From positions 62,001 through 126,000 of the forward strand of contig JBEWZL010000124.1 of assembly GCA_045837725.1 (NCBI GenBank): a stretch of DNA of 64,000 nt, in the 5' to 3' direction. The position numbers were made by a program, and so were the translations under genes. Positions 40,133 to 53,683 of this stretch are shown piece by piece (the stretch's first letter is position 1; every line of letters begins with the position of its first letter). The notes under the pieces were generated by a model. The model was not told the origin of the DNA, did no database searches, and saw only the letters and a program-made list of their open reading frames with translations. The stretch is from Vermamoeba vermiformis. Its lineage: Eukaryota.

Positions 40133-41043
40133 TTAATTATCTCCCTGGCAATATTTCCACTCTCCGTTAATATCAACGACCATCCTATCGCCGAAAAAAT
40201 AAGCCTCGATCTTGAGACCAGGGCTGCTATGTTTCGCGTAAACGAAATTCGTCTTTGGATCTACTTCATATACGCACTCGCTTAATTTCTGTTTCTTTTG
40301 ATAAAATGTTACCAGATCTGGATCTGCTTGAATGATTATCGAAGGTTTTTCGTGTGGCATTTTGATTTTTTCTTTCATCGGTCTCTTTGGTCTTCTAGAC
40401 CAATTAATCTTCAATGGCTTTGTAGTAAAAACACTAGATTGATATGAGGTCATAATAAAGTTCTGATTATTGTTAACAAAACAGCCAAGACAGATCTTGG
40501 ATCTTTTTAGCGTTGCAACATTTTTTGAAACCACGACTGCTTCTTTTGATTGATTGCTGTACAACCGCACACTATCCGATGTGCAGTATCCGTGGTGTAT
40601 GAAGAAATAGTTGTCTTTGTTTAAAGAATACAGGCCAGATGGCGGATGTGACTCTTTTTCACCGAGATCGGCAACTTCATGGGTTGTTCTAAGCATATAA
40701 AATTCTGCTTCTTGAAGTACCTTACTTTTGCTGATGGTAGGCGGGATATCCCACTTGAAAGTACGCATGAAAGACAAAATTATTTCAAAATATTTCGGAT
40801 CCCTAAATAAAATTAACAAAAATTAATTAAATACAATAAAATGCACTATTCTTCTAAATACCTATCTATAAAATATGCTCCGTTTTCATCTTTAATTGTT
40901 GGAAGGGAACCGTCGAGCATCCGTGTCAAAAACTCGCTTTCTTTTAATGTTGTAGGTGTCGTTTGAAACATCTGACCTCCGACATTTAATTTAACAATAT
41001 TGTGCGAGGAGTTGCTATCATTCATTTTAACAGGGGCGTCCAT
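40133..41043 (-). CDS. KCTD-like BTB/POZ protein, copy 2
   Basis: IVKLNVGGQMFQTT..AYFIDR|DPKYFEIILSFMR. Confidence 0.9.
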
Positions 41044-41835
41044 TGTGTTGTACTTTTGACTGGTGCAGCTACAGTGACGCAGCACTTAGCGTATGAATAG
41101 GCCAAGCGGATCGGTTTTTGGCAGCCCTGGTGGAGAAGTCACGCGCGATTCACACCAAAATTGGAAGTTCGAGGAAATAGAAGTGTCGAACGCCAACGCC
41201 AAGACTACCACAAGGCTCGTATATTTGACAGAGCCTAAGATTCATTTGTTAATTTTTTCTTTTTAATTTTTATTTTTATTCACGTTGTACAATGGGGGTT
41301 TTGGTGCTCTCGTTAGCCCCAACCCGTGGCGGGGGTGACAGGGAGCCACCACCCCTAATAAAGTGAATTTACCCCCACGAGCAGCGCAGGCATTCATTGC
41401 AAAATATCTACCTAAACTAACATTATTACAAAAAATGACGCGAGCGAAAGAAATTCGAATTCTGTGCGCTATTAACGGCGAACATAAGCCGACATACAAT
41501 TATCTGCATTGAAGCTTTAAACTTGGCAACATTCCAAAGTTGCAGAATTTTTAAGGGGGCCATTTCCGATCAAAAATCCTCCGTTATACTAGAGCAGCAA
41601 AGACTAATACTGTGTGCACTTATTCTAACCGGTACCTACTACCGTTTATTACGTGCAATCCGATATTGAAGTCACTGCTAGTATCACAAACTTGTCTTGA
41701 ACATAGCCATCAAAAACAACTTGGCGTCAAATTAATTTTCCTTTTTACGCGTTATTATTTACAAAACGCTATATATAACTTCTTTTTCGTTCATGAACGA
41801 TACACCGACGATGATTTCAACCACGTGCCATGTTG

Positions 41836-42918
41836 TTAATACTTGTCCGCATAGGAGTACGAATAGGTGTATGTAACGGCAGGTGTAGGCTGTTCAACTG
41901 AACTATTATCTTCTTGAGATGAACTTGTATTGCTATTTGAACTTGTACTGGAATATGACTGCAGCTCCGGTGGATTTCGAATTGGTGTTTGATCCGGGAC
42001 CTTGTGAGGATGCATGAACTTCCAGGTGCCATTAATATTAACTACGATCATTTTTAAGTCGAAAAAATACGCCTTTATAGTCAAATTTGAGCTGAGATGT
42101 GCAATGTAGATTAAATTCGTTGTCGGATCTTCGACGTAATTGTATTCGATCAGTTTTGTTCCGTCATGTAAAATAGCGTTGTTTGGATTAGCTTCTATTA
42201 TATAGTTATCAACCCAGTAAACTAACTGGCTAGACGGCCGTTCTGGAGAACAGATCCCCAAAATTGCAGTTTTTTGTTGAAATGTTGAATTAAATAAATA
42301 TTCTGAATACGTCATTATAAAGTGCTTATAGTCATTAACAAATATGCCTGATTGGAAGCTGGTCTCAAACTGCCTGAGTGCTGGGTGGATATCGTTGGCG
42401 GCTAGCGGGTTGTTTAGGGCATAATAAATATTTTGCGCATCCGGGCTTGCTGATTGCACTTTCATGGCACAACAGACCACGCATATATCATCTTTAATAA
42501 ATAGGCTGCATCCTTGACCAGTGGTATATAAGCCAATGGGACCTTTTGGTTTGGATGAAGAAACTGCCGAATCTGACTCCGCGTTCAACATGTAGAATTC
42601 TGCTTCTTGGAATAATTTTTCTTTATCCATTGAAGACGGAATGTCCCAAACGAAGCTGCGCAGGTAGGACAGAATTACTTCAAAATATTTCGGATCTCTA
42701 ATTTCGAAAATTAAAATTAAAAGCATTAACCTGAATTATTACAACCCGATTTTTAAAAAATACCTGTCTATAAAATATGCTCCATTTTCATCCTTTAGCG
42801 TTGGAATTCCTCCGTCAAGCATCCGTGCAAAAAATTCACTCCCACGAAGTGTCGAGCCGGTAGTTTGAAAGTTCTGACCACCAACATTTAATTTAATGAT
42901 GCTAGGATGATTGGTCAT
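41836..42918 (-). CDS. KCTD-like BTB/POZ protein, copy 3
   Basis: IIKLNVGGQNFQTT..AYFIDR|DPKYFEVILSYLR; extra Ser-rich tail. Confidence 0.9.
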
Positions 42919-43129
42919 AATATCTATCTACTTATAATTTGATCCGTGGTGTTTACGTTATCTAGACAAATGCGGAAATGAAATTCTGACAAACTTTTTT
43001 AGACTGTGCTAGCTAGAAAACTGATCTTAATTTAATTCAACGCTATCCAAATTATTTACTTGAAATGATAACGATAGCTACCAATGCACAATTTCTCCTC
43101 GACATCTGCGGCCCTGTTGGATCTTCCTT

Positions 43130-44153
43130 TTACTTCTTTTTCGGCATTGTCCACACTCCATCCATATCGACCACCATATAGGGATCAAACATATACGCTT
43201 TGAATTTAAAATTAAATCTGAAGAAGGATGCGAAGATGAATCCAGTACTGTTGTCGGTCTCGTAGTAGCTCTCACCAATCAGCGTTGCTCGATCTCCAAG
43301 ACAATTTCGGAGAAAAAGCTTGATCGAATTGGGTGACGCTTCTATTGATATACTCTCATTGATTCTTGACGAGTACATTTCGTAATCGGTAGTAACCTTA
43401 GGCTTTTGCGGAGGAAAATAGTCCATAAAAAATGTTTCGTCTCGACTCGTTTGTAATATTAAACTTTGATAATTATTGGTAAATTGACCCTTGTACTTTC
43501 GATCTTTGGAATACGGTAGCAAGAACGAGTGCTTTAAGATTTCTGCGGCCACTGGTTCGCACATCCAGCTAAAGCACTGTCCGTTCATGAATAGAAGAAA
43601 GTCCATGCCATTTTGCTCCGCGTAGAATCCAGTTTTGCCATCCAGATCCGGTCCTTTGACCGAAGTTGGCTTGAGCAATTCAGCAGCGTTAATCATATAG
43701 AACTCCGCTTCTTCTTCAAGTCGGTCTATGTCCATTTTTGGCGGAACGTCCCACGAGAAAGTACGTAAAAACGATAGGATTATTTTGAAGTACTTCGGAT
43801 CCCTAAACACAACAAGTTAATTATTACTAACAAATCTATCTATGAGTAGATATGATTATAAAAGTGCCTTTAAGTCTGAATTTACAGAAGAGATGCGAAA
43901 TCTAATTTGCAACGAAGAGATCGGCTGCAAATGAATTTTCTACTTTTCGTGGCTGCCTTTAGTCGTGCCTTAATAATCTTGGTATAGTAAAGTCTTACCT
44001 GTCGATAAAATAAGCGCCGGTCTCGTCTTTTACTGTTGGAACAGCTCCGTCCAGCATCCGCGTCAACACTTTACTTCCGCGGAGAGTACTCGCAGTAGTT
44101 TGAAATAGTTTTCCTCCAACGTTAAGTTTGATAATTGAGCTATTTTCGGTCAT
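43130..44153 (-). CDS. KCTD-like BTB/POZ protein, copy 4
   Basis: IIKLNVGGKLFQTT..AYFIDR|DPKYFKIILSFLR. Confidence 0.9.
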
Positions 44154-44219
44154 TTGAATCAGCTGCTGTTTTTCGTACTGGTTGGTAAAAAAAAATGATT
44201 GACTTGTAATTTATTTTCC

Positions 44220-45532
44220 TTATTTGTCTGTCTCGTTTACTGACGATACGATGATATTCTGTTCTTCAATATTGTTATTATAATTATTATAGACATTATT
44301 TACATCCTCATCAGGGATACTCTCGTATTGTGCTCTCAGTGCTCGGCGTTGTCGAATTTTCAACACAAAAATAGCGGTCCCTGAGGCCAATAACAGAAGC
44401 ATAGAGAGTGCTGTGCTCACTACAAACACCCAGTAAGTAGCTAAGAAGTTGAATGAAGTGCTTCCTTGGTATCCGGCCGTGTTTATCGGTGCTGCAACGA
44501 ACGTTAGTTTCAGAAATCAATCAGATCTTGACTAATGAACTTACGCCAAAGGTATATATTTATGTCGGGGCTATTCTCAATCCGATATCGAGTTACTGAA
44601 ATGGCGAATGAAATGTTTGAAGGGAGATCGCGAAGCAGAACGTTTCTCCGGTGCACTGAATAGCAAGGGTTATAATATATTGCAACAAGAGGCCTACTCG
44701 TTATTACCGTGTGATGTTGAATAGTCAATAGTAAAAGAATAGTCTTTCTTAGTTGGTACTTCGGACCCCATTTTACAAGATTCGCTGCCGATCTGACGGA
44801 ATGTAATGCTTTTGAGCGTCTCGGAGAGTAAATGGGGGGATTCAACTTCAGCATTCAAGTATAGCACAGTGTCATTCGATGAGTGGTGCCATCGAGCATA
44901 GTTGGTGCAAACTGTTTTGTTGGACTCGCAATCGTGGCCTTCAAAGTCCCACCAGTAGCGTTCAACGGTGATGCTTGACCATTCAAAAGTTGCCGTTTCC
45001 GTATAAATAGAACTTTCTACTGCATCGGTGCGAATTCCAGGGAAATCTACAGCGAAGTTCCAAGTTACATCCGTGACGCAAGGATCTGCGAGCGGCATCA
45101 GCAATTTGATTGCAGGATAGATATCTTACATACCAATAATAATCTTCTTATTAATTATGAAGTCAGATTTGTTTAAGAAAGGTCCATTAATGCTAACTCC
45201 CGGTATGGTTACCTGTAAAAACGAAAATTAGAAATCGATATCGAATCTTCGAAATAATAAAATATTTATATTTTGTATTTATTTATTATTACCGTATAAT
45301 TCTTGAATCCTTTTTCAGAGTAAGTGAGTAACAACGCAGGCCCAAGATCGAAAAAAGATCCGTTATTCAGACCAACGTAAATATTAAATCCTGCTAGCTT
45401 CGGAGAGGCATAGTGTGTCGAAGGCTTGTAAGGATGTATCACATTTTTGGTTGTAGAGAAAGCCTGAGCAAAGAACACATCCGCGACGAGACTAGCAACA
45501 AATAATATTAAGATTATCGTGCGCATTAGCAA
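44220..45532 (-). CDS. Type I membrane glycoprotein, function unknown
   Basis: Signal peptide, multi-exon ectodomain with several NxS/T sites, TM segment followed by KIRQRR; exact start uncertain. Confidence 0.7.
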
Positions 45533-45848
45533 TGCTAGTGCACTTCTCTATTTTGAAATTAGTTGCAACTAAGCACTTTGAACTGGGAATTTGACAGTGG
45601 CCCGGGCATTGGTCCGAACGTGTCAGACGTTCTATTCTTTTCTTTGTGAATCAAAACCAATTCTCGCAAACGAAAACTAAAAAAAATAACCTATTTTACC
45701 ATGTTTCATTAGTCCTACTATAGTTAGTTATCGTTTGCCTGTGAACGGAATAATCTGAAGTTTCTGTCGAGCTGAAAATTGTCAGAATGACCACAATAGC
45801 CCCCTTCTGAAGTTTCCGAGCTTCATTATGTTTTAGAAATACGCTAGA

Positions 45849-47425
45849 ATGGAACACCCACCTGCCGAGACATCACCAGCGAGGCTTTGTGTATTCACTA
45901 AATTGGATTTGACTCGTCTGCCTCCAACCAACGGATACGCGCATATAGATGAAAATAATACGAGTAAATTGCGCTTATGCGCTTATCTTTATGCGAACGA
46001 ACTGGTAAGCAACGATCCGCGTCAGAAGATCTCGAGTCTTACATAATTCGTTCTTCGTTATTATTCAAGCGAATGAATTAATATAGATTTAGGAGTAATT
46101 TTAACATTTTTAGTAATTTTTTTACAACAATTAGAAGATACTCCCAAAACAATCAAGATCTCCGCTGACAGATTTACCTACGATCGCATTACTCGCTTTC
46201 GCTTTCGTTTAACCAATATTTTCTAGACAAAGATCGCGGAAGAAACACTTGTACTCTACCCAGGACCCTCAAGACCTCTTGCTAGCCGAATCCACTATTT
46301 ATTGTCAGGCAAGTTCCGCTCTAAGTTGCTTTTATATTCAAAGCTAACAGATACTTTATTAGTGACAGGTAATAGAGTCTGCATTACGTACAAAAATGCG
46401 GATAAGAAGCGAGTATTTGAAGTTTACGAGGTAGATCTGGACACACATCGCTTCAATCTGCTCAAATCGTGCGAAGTTAAAGTAGACGATCACGGACCTA
46501 CTGCTATAATTGCCATTAAGGATAGGTGCTTCCTCGTAAGCGTACATCGAATCAGTAATCAAGTACGGAACTGACTTTCCTTTTTTGGCATATTCGTAGG
46601 GATTCCAAAATCGCTCGGGAGTTGTAGAATTAGCCAAAGATACGTTAGAGATAGATATTTTCCATAAATTCGAAGGAGTGCACGGCAAATCAAGTACGTA
46701 GGATTTGTTTTTATTGTTATTTTTGTTGACACGTGTCAAATTGAAGTCGATGCGTTTGGCTACAACGGCGGCAAAACTCTATTTGCAGTTGACGATATGA
46801 AGTGGCCTAAATACGCCTATTACTACGACATATCTGGAAAGCCTAAGGTACGTTAGCATCGAAGATCTCTTTCAGTGAACTAACGATTCATGAACAGAAA
46901 AAAGGAGGCAAGATTACCTTGCCAAATGGGATCAACGAAATCTACGAAGAGTGCGTCAAAGTCCACGGCGAGATTGCAGTGAGATCAACGTATTCGCAAC
47001 AAGGGGGATCCGGCAACAAACTTTACATTTTAAATTCGATTGGCTCTGTCAGCCATTCATGCGTTTTGCGTAGTCGTTCAAAAGAAGGAAGATTGCACCC
47101 GACATACACTTCCATGGGCTATTTGCAAGACGGCGTAGTTCTACTGGTAGCAAACGACGAGCACGAAAAAAACATCGATGGCTGTCTACTCTACTTGCCT
47201 AAAAAGGAAATCAACGGTGACGTCAAAGAAGTACGCAAGCTGGAGATTGGTGACAGGTGTCAAGATGTCGTGACAGTCAAAGACAAGCAAAGTGGTCACG
47301 TGCTCGCTACCAAAAAAGGAAAATCTATTCTAGTCGAAGTTAAGTGGCGTAAAGATCAATTGGAAGTCGCCAGAGAGCTTATTATTGATGACAAACCTTT
47401 TGACAGGCTATATATGGAAATGTAA
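45849..47425 (+). CDS. Hypothetical protein, probably beta-propeller-like
   Basis: Exons join in phase; short beta-strand-like segments (VFEVYEVD, LFAVDD..KYAYYYDIS, KLYILN). Confidence 0.65.
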
Positions 47426-47522
47426 GAATGAAATTATAATTGCCTCGTTCTAAACGCATTTCTAATATTTACATCAAAATTAACAAATTACAAGTTGTGT
47501 TATTACTGTTCTTTTACGAGGT

Positions 47523-49312
47523 CTAGCTAATGATGCACTTAGCCTTTAAGGTCTTCAAATATCGTCGCACATCTTCCTTGTGCCAATGTTTTGCAAGTCT
47601 CAAACCATCGTATCCAAAATCTGATCCACGAAACGAAAATTAGTACAAATCTCAGGGCTATACTTTGAGTTTTCTTATAAGTGCACATACCATTCTTTAC
47701 TCGAACATTAGCTCCGTTTTCTACTAAAAGTTTGACCACATCCACTGTTCCGTATGCACACGCTAACAAGAACGGAGTCCAGCCATCTTTCTCGCGATGA
47801 TTAACATCCGCTTTGTTTTCTACTAGCATCTTAGCAGTACGGACATCACTTCCGTTGTATCTAATCGTGTACATAAGCGCAGTCCAGCCGCTCGGATCTG
47901 CCTCATCAACATTCACTCCGTAATTAACTAAAAATCTAGTAGATCCGTTAGTTCAGTACAAAACTCGTTTAATTTTCCATTACTTACTGAACGGCTTCGA
48001 AACTGCCGTTTCTAGCGGCATAAATAATTAAAGGAGCACCACCGTCTTCGTGGTTATAAATTAAGATCGGATCGATCTCGCCAGGGAATTTTTTCTTAAA
48101 TCTAGATTATTTGTTAATAATCGGCTGTATTATATTTCAATATTTCCTCTTACTCGTCCTTGTTCTTGCACAAGTTCGGCTTGAAGAGATCCAACACTTC
48201 AGGATTAACATTACCGAAAGGATGATGGATCAACTGCCAACCACCTAAAATACAGCTCGATTAGTATTTGTAATTAGAGTTGCTTATTTGTATTATTATA
48301 ATATTCCTGCTCCAAATTTGTAATGAGAGCAAGTAGCCAGTACAAAAATAAAATTAATAAATATTAACCGTTCGGTGAACCAAATATTCGATTGAATAGG
48401 CTTTGATGTCACTTGAAATGATATTTTAATATTATACGTACTTGTAGGGGGGCAATTGGAGTCAGCACCAGCACGTAAAAGCCACGTAAATAGCTCGGCA
48501 TCGCCGTATCTTGCAGCCAATGATAAAGGAGTCCAGCCTATTTAGTAATATTGTAAGATAAATATTATAACGATTCACAGTCCAAAATTGGAGTTAAATT
48601 AATTAGGAGCGATAATTTAAATTTGATACGGTTCGTTACAAACACAAAGAAATTACGCTAAAAATTCAATCCGCTGATTTTGGGCTCATACTACTATGAT
48701 AGTATAACTATAGGCATTGTTCTTACCTGAATTATTGACAGTATTTACTGAGCAGCCGTGATCTATCAGAACTCGAACAATTTCTAAGCGAACAATACTG
48801 TTAGAACGAATTCTATCAAAAAATACGATTTTTTTCGAGTAATTTTAAACTACCTTTTTGATTTTTAAGACAAGCTAAGGCAAGAGCCGTGTCACCGCCT
48901 CTATTTCGCTCATCTGTCCTTGCACCTTTTTCTAACAAGTATTCGACGATATCTAAATATGAGAGGATCAATAATACTGATATTTATCATAAATCGAGCG
49001 TTCCAGATCTATGACTTTTCGCTAAAAATCGCGATGAAATTTCTCTGTCATGCGTTGCGCGCTTGGATCAGCTCGCAATTCCATCTAATATTAAAATATC
49101 GTACCTTGGTGCCCTTCTTGTGATGACAACATTAGCGCTGTGAATCCATTTACGTTGCATCTGTAATTCGGATCGAAATTCTTTTGTTCAAGGCCTGCTT
49201 TTACTGTGTCATAATCGCCAATGAATGATGCATTTAAAGTAGGGTTTGATTCTTCAAAGCCGATTAAATCAAGCTTCGCACTTCTTGCTGAATTTAGCTG
49301 ATCGCCTTCCAT
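47523..49312 (-). CDS. Ankyrin-repeat protein with C-terminal CaaX
   Basis: GFTALML, GDTALAL, GWTPLSL, GWTALMY, GWTPFLL repeats; last exon ends KAKCIIS-stop. Confidence 0.88.
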
Positions 49313-49872
49313 CTGGCTTTGAGGATTAATATTTTTGCTTTCTTCGATCCTTTGAAGGTCTTCTTTATATGCGCTCTTTTTTGAAGACTCGCCGAAGAAA
49401 TAAACCTTAAATTAAATCAAATTAATTGATTTTCAAGGATATCAATCCGATTATTTGACATACTGCAAAATTTTTATCCTGATCCATTTAAATAAATATT
49501 CAATAGGTGCGTGGTATCGCTGTTGAATGACTTGAAGTAAAATAATCCAAAAGTGAAAACTAATGCACGACGGGAAAATCAAGTTTCGCTGAATTTTCAA
49601 TCACTTACTTAATTTGGCCAAGCGGATCCATTGTGCCGAGAAATCTCTAAAGAATTTAAAGTAGCAACCGCCATACTACTTAGCAGCCAGAAAGGTGAGG
49701 CACTTGAAATAACCCAGCAAATAACCAAAAATTACAAGATCAGATCGCGGATCTTGAAAATTTATCGCCACGCAAACTCTATCGCTAGTCGATTAACTAT
49801 CTAAGCTTCTTATTATATTATAATCAATAATAAGGTTTAAAAGCTTGACTTACTGTTTATTTGAAGATCTCC

Positions 49873-51986
49873 TCACAAATCGACAGCCAGCTTGTCGAAC
49901 TTCTTCTCGTCCATGTCTTGGTTTATAATGCAATCCGCGAGCTCTTTTGCACGATGGAACGCAGCAGAGTCTAAATTTCAATGGTTATTAGTTCATCCGT
50001 AACGAGAGGTCAAAGTTATCTTAATAATACGTACTATCGTCTATTATAGCCCAATAAGTCTTCGCGCGCTCTTTTTGCCAGTTTCCAAGCGCTGGTTTGA
50101 ACTCGAGCCTTGTAGGACTGATCGTTACTTGGATGGGCTTTGTACTGGATCCGTTCTCCAATGTTTTGATCTCTGTACCAAAAATAGGCTTGATAATATC
50201 CATACCAAGCTCCCTATGCTTATTTTCGTCTATTAATGAATCGATTGACTTGCTAGTAGCAGATGTGACTTTGACTTCGAGCAGCGATTTCGTTCTTAGG
50301 CACGCGACTGCAAAGACTTTGGCCTTTCCTTTTATGGTATGTATCGATGAAGCGTTGCAGGCCTTCTCCCAAAAAATGGCCTCTTCTTCCATGCTTTGTC
50401 TTGCTGCCGAAATGGATGGGCCAGTTTTTTTCAATTTAAACACGTAATTGATTGTTATTAAGTTGTGATTAATATTATTTGCCGTTACTATACTCTGCTT
50501 ATTCAGTTCTTGTGCCAAAAGTTTGTTTTTTGTGCAATCCACAACCAGATCGAACGAGTTGATCGTTACCACATCTTCAGTCTTATTGTCTTTAAATACT
50601 AACGCCTTCTTCGTAATTAAAGCGATGCTATAATCGGTATTAACCATAATTCCTCGTTTTTGACATTGTTTAAATAATTGGTTTTTCAACTCTTTCATTT
50701 GTACCACTCCTCGTACTTGCTTGAAATATAAATATCCATCTGATTGGCCGTCTTGTCTCTTAAATAATTCCTCGAATAAATGAAACTGCTTGACCAAGTC
50801 CATAGCAATATTATCAAGAAACGCTAGATTACTATCGTCACTAGATCCGCCTTCAATATCAAAGATCTGAACATTTGCGCCTATAATAAAACTTCATTAT
50901 TATCATACTATAAATATTTAGCTATATTTGTAATGTAAGAAACAGGATCTGGCAAATAAAATTTGTGCGTACGTTTCTCGTGGCATAGCAGGGCTAACAT
51001 TAGTCCGTTGATCGATGTGCCGGCAATAATAACATTCATTGGCTCTTTGTTCGGAGAATAAACAATTTGACCAATCACATCGCCTTACAGTAACAAATAT
51101 TAGTTCTACCGTAGTAGATGTGACATGACTTGGTATCATTACGGTGTTTGAATTAAGTTTCAAGAGCTTTTTCTTCGAAAATAAATTCCTTAATTACCTT
51201 TTTGAATGTTTCTTAGCGCTAATTGACCTCGCAACTGTTCGATCTGGACTTTGAGTTTTTCCGCTTTTTCAGATCCGGTTCTAACGCTCAAAGCCTTCAT
51301 ATAGCACTCCATAGCTTTATCCAACTGTCCTAATGTCTCGTATATCTCGCCTTTAGTCTCCAAGGCGTTGCAGTTAGCCGGATCCAGCTGTAAAACTTTG
51401 TCGAAACATTGCAACGCTTCTTTGAGTCTATCAAGCTCAAATAATAATGTCGCCTTGAATTCGAGGGCTTTTTTGAATTGGGGATTGATGGTCAACGCTT
51501 TTTCAAAGCAAGCAAGTGCCTAATGTCAGTATCAAAAAATTAGCTTGATTTGTCAAGTCCAAATAAAAAATTCTTATCTTTATAAATTGGCTAGTATGCA
51601 GAAATAATATGAAATATTGTTAATTATACCTCGTCATTTAGATCCAGCCTGGTTGTCAAAATTGAACCTCGTTTAAACCAAACGTATTCATTCTTTTCAT
51701 TAATATTCTTCAAAATATATTCTAATATTTCTAGTCCATCCGAATAATTTTTGACGCGAAATAATAACGCGCTCCAACGTTCCAGCAGATCTTCCTTGAT
51801 TTTGTTGTCAGAATAATTCAAATATTTTTCTTTGCAGTCTCTGTATAATGTCTTTAATAACTCTGACACATTGGTGATATTTTTAGAGCTCTGATCAAGT
51901 AACTCTTCGAATATTTGGATGCCTTTTGCCAGATCTCCTGATTTGAACGCTTCATAGCCTTCTGCCTCTTGACTATCAGCCTCCAT
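49873..51986 (-). CDS. TPR-repeat protein fused to a degenerate Rossmann/FAD-monooxygenase-like region
   Basis: TPRs (EALQCFDKVLQLDP, KAMECYMKAL); spliced NVIIAGTSINGLMLALLCHEKRANVQIFD; later FDLVVDCT. Confidence 0.75.
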
Positions 51987-52116
51987 TATAGGTGCATGTT
52001 ACTTCTAATTGAATGAAGTGCATAAAATGAAGTCCACAAAAAAATTTTGGTTTTTAAGTTCTAACAACTTGTGACGCTATGTACATTAAACTTTATAATG
52101 ACTTGAACCCTTTTTA

Positions 52117-53683
52117 TTAACTCGACTTGGCAGCTGGCGCATCTTTCATATCAGAATTGAATAAGTCGCCCATCACCTTCATGTTCGGATAGATCGAGTT
52201 GTCAGGCGGCATGAAGTACGTCTTGAGGTTCTTGCCCATAGCCAATGACTTGAGATGCTCGAGTCTCTTCATCTCTAATAAATATTTACCAGCCTAATTA
52301 TAACGCTAAAGTTAGTTCAAACGTTTCCAAAAGAAAAATCGGATTCGTACCTCAGCAGGAGAGATCTTCATAGCCTCAGCATATGCCTGAATCTCTAACG
52401 CAACAGCCTTAGCTTGCACTTCAATAGCGTATTTTTTGGCGTCAGAGAGACGTTGTTCTTGGTAGAACTGACCGTCGGCTTCATTTCTTTTTGCCTCTAA
52501 TTTACCACTCGATTCTAAGATCATTGACTGACGGTGGCCATCTGCAACATTAATCGTAGCTCTAGATTAAATACGTTAGCTTTTCCTCGAAAATAAGCTC
52601 GAGATCGGGCCGTACGTACTTCGTGTCCAATTCTTGTTGTCGACGTCTTCGTTCAGCTTCCATTTGCATCTCTAAGTGATTTTGCTATTCTGAGGCTCGA
52701 ATCGTTGAATTTCAAACTGCAATAATAAAAGCGTTAGGACTAGCGGAAAAATTGTATCCGGATCACATCCGTACTTTTGTACAAGAGATACCCCAGTTCT
52801 TGCAAGCATCGCCGATATGTCCCGATAATATATTGTTGATTTGTGTGCGATCGGCAATAATATCGTCGTATTGCAAGGTACCAATAACGGATCTCATAGC
52901 AGATGTGCCGAGGTTGTTTACGGACAACAAAACGTCCTGTACTTTGAAGCAAGCCTAATAATTCATATAAAATATTGTTAGTACCGGCGACTATATTAAA
53001 AATATAGCAAATTTAACTGAATAACTTACCTCCATAGCATCGTGGATCTTGTAAAAGAGCGTGCCTGACACGACCACTGGAACGTTGTCTTTAGTGCATG
53101 CATTCAGGCTATTAACGATTAAATTCGTTAGTATATTTTTGGTATAATGTCGCGTAATAATTTCAATACTAAAGCACGTGGTAACGCCCAGTGATTTCCA
53201 CGCTAATTTAGTATTGCGGATTTGCGTTCGTGAATTTACGTCTTGTTGGAACTGTACAATGTGATTGTGATTGTGATTACTTACCCAATGACATCTATCG
53301 TGCCTTCGCGCAGATCAACCTTTTTGAGTGAGTGTAAGATGGGCAGTTTGAGGTGGATTCCGGGCTACGCAAAAAAAAGCGTCAGATCACGAGAAAATCA
53401 CGGTAGATAACCTAAATAGTTGTACGTTAGTATACTGTTCACTTACCTCCAATACGATCGGATCTTTGCCCAAGAATAGACGAACACCAACTTGTCCTTG
53501 CTTGATCAACGTAATGAAGGTTCTTTTGCTCGGTTGAGTACTCTTATGAACTGCATTCGTTGATACATTAAATAGGGTGCTTCGTGCGACGGTAGCATTA
53601 AAAATTCCTTTCGTTGCTAAAGCTCGACGCGGGATCGCTCGTGTTATCGATCTCAAGGCAGTTACCACTAATGCGCTTTCCAT
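52117..53683 (-). CDS. SPFH/band 7 stomatin-like protein, probably mitochondrial
   Basis: Arg/Ser/Thr-rich presequence; VDLRE, TKDNVPV, SAMRSVIG, WGISCT, MEAERRRRQ. Confidence 0.92.

Noticed and set aside
53258..53280. Short (TGTGAT)n repeat
   Set aside because: Trivial intronic microsatellite
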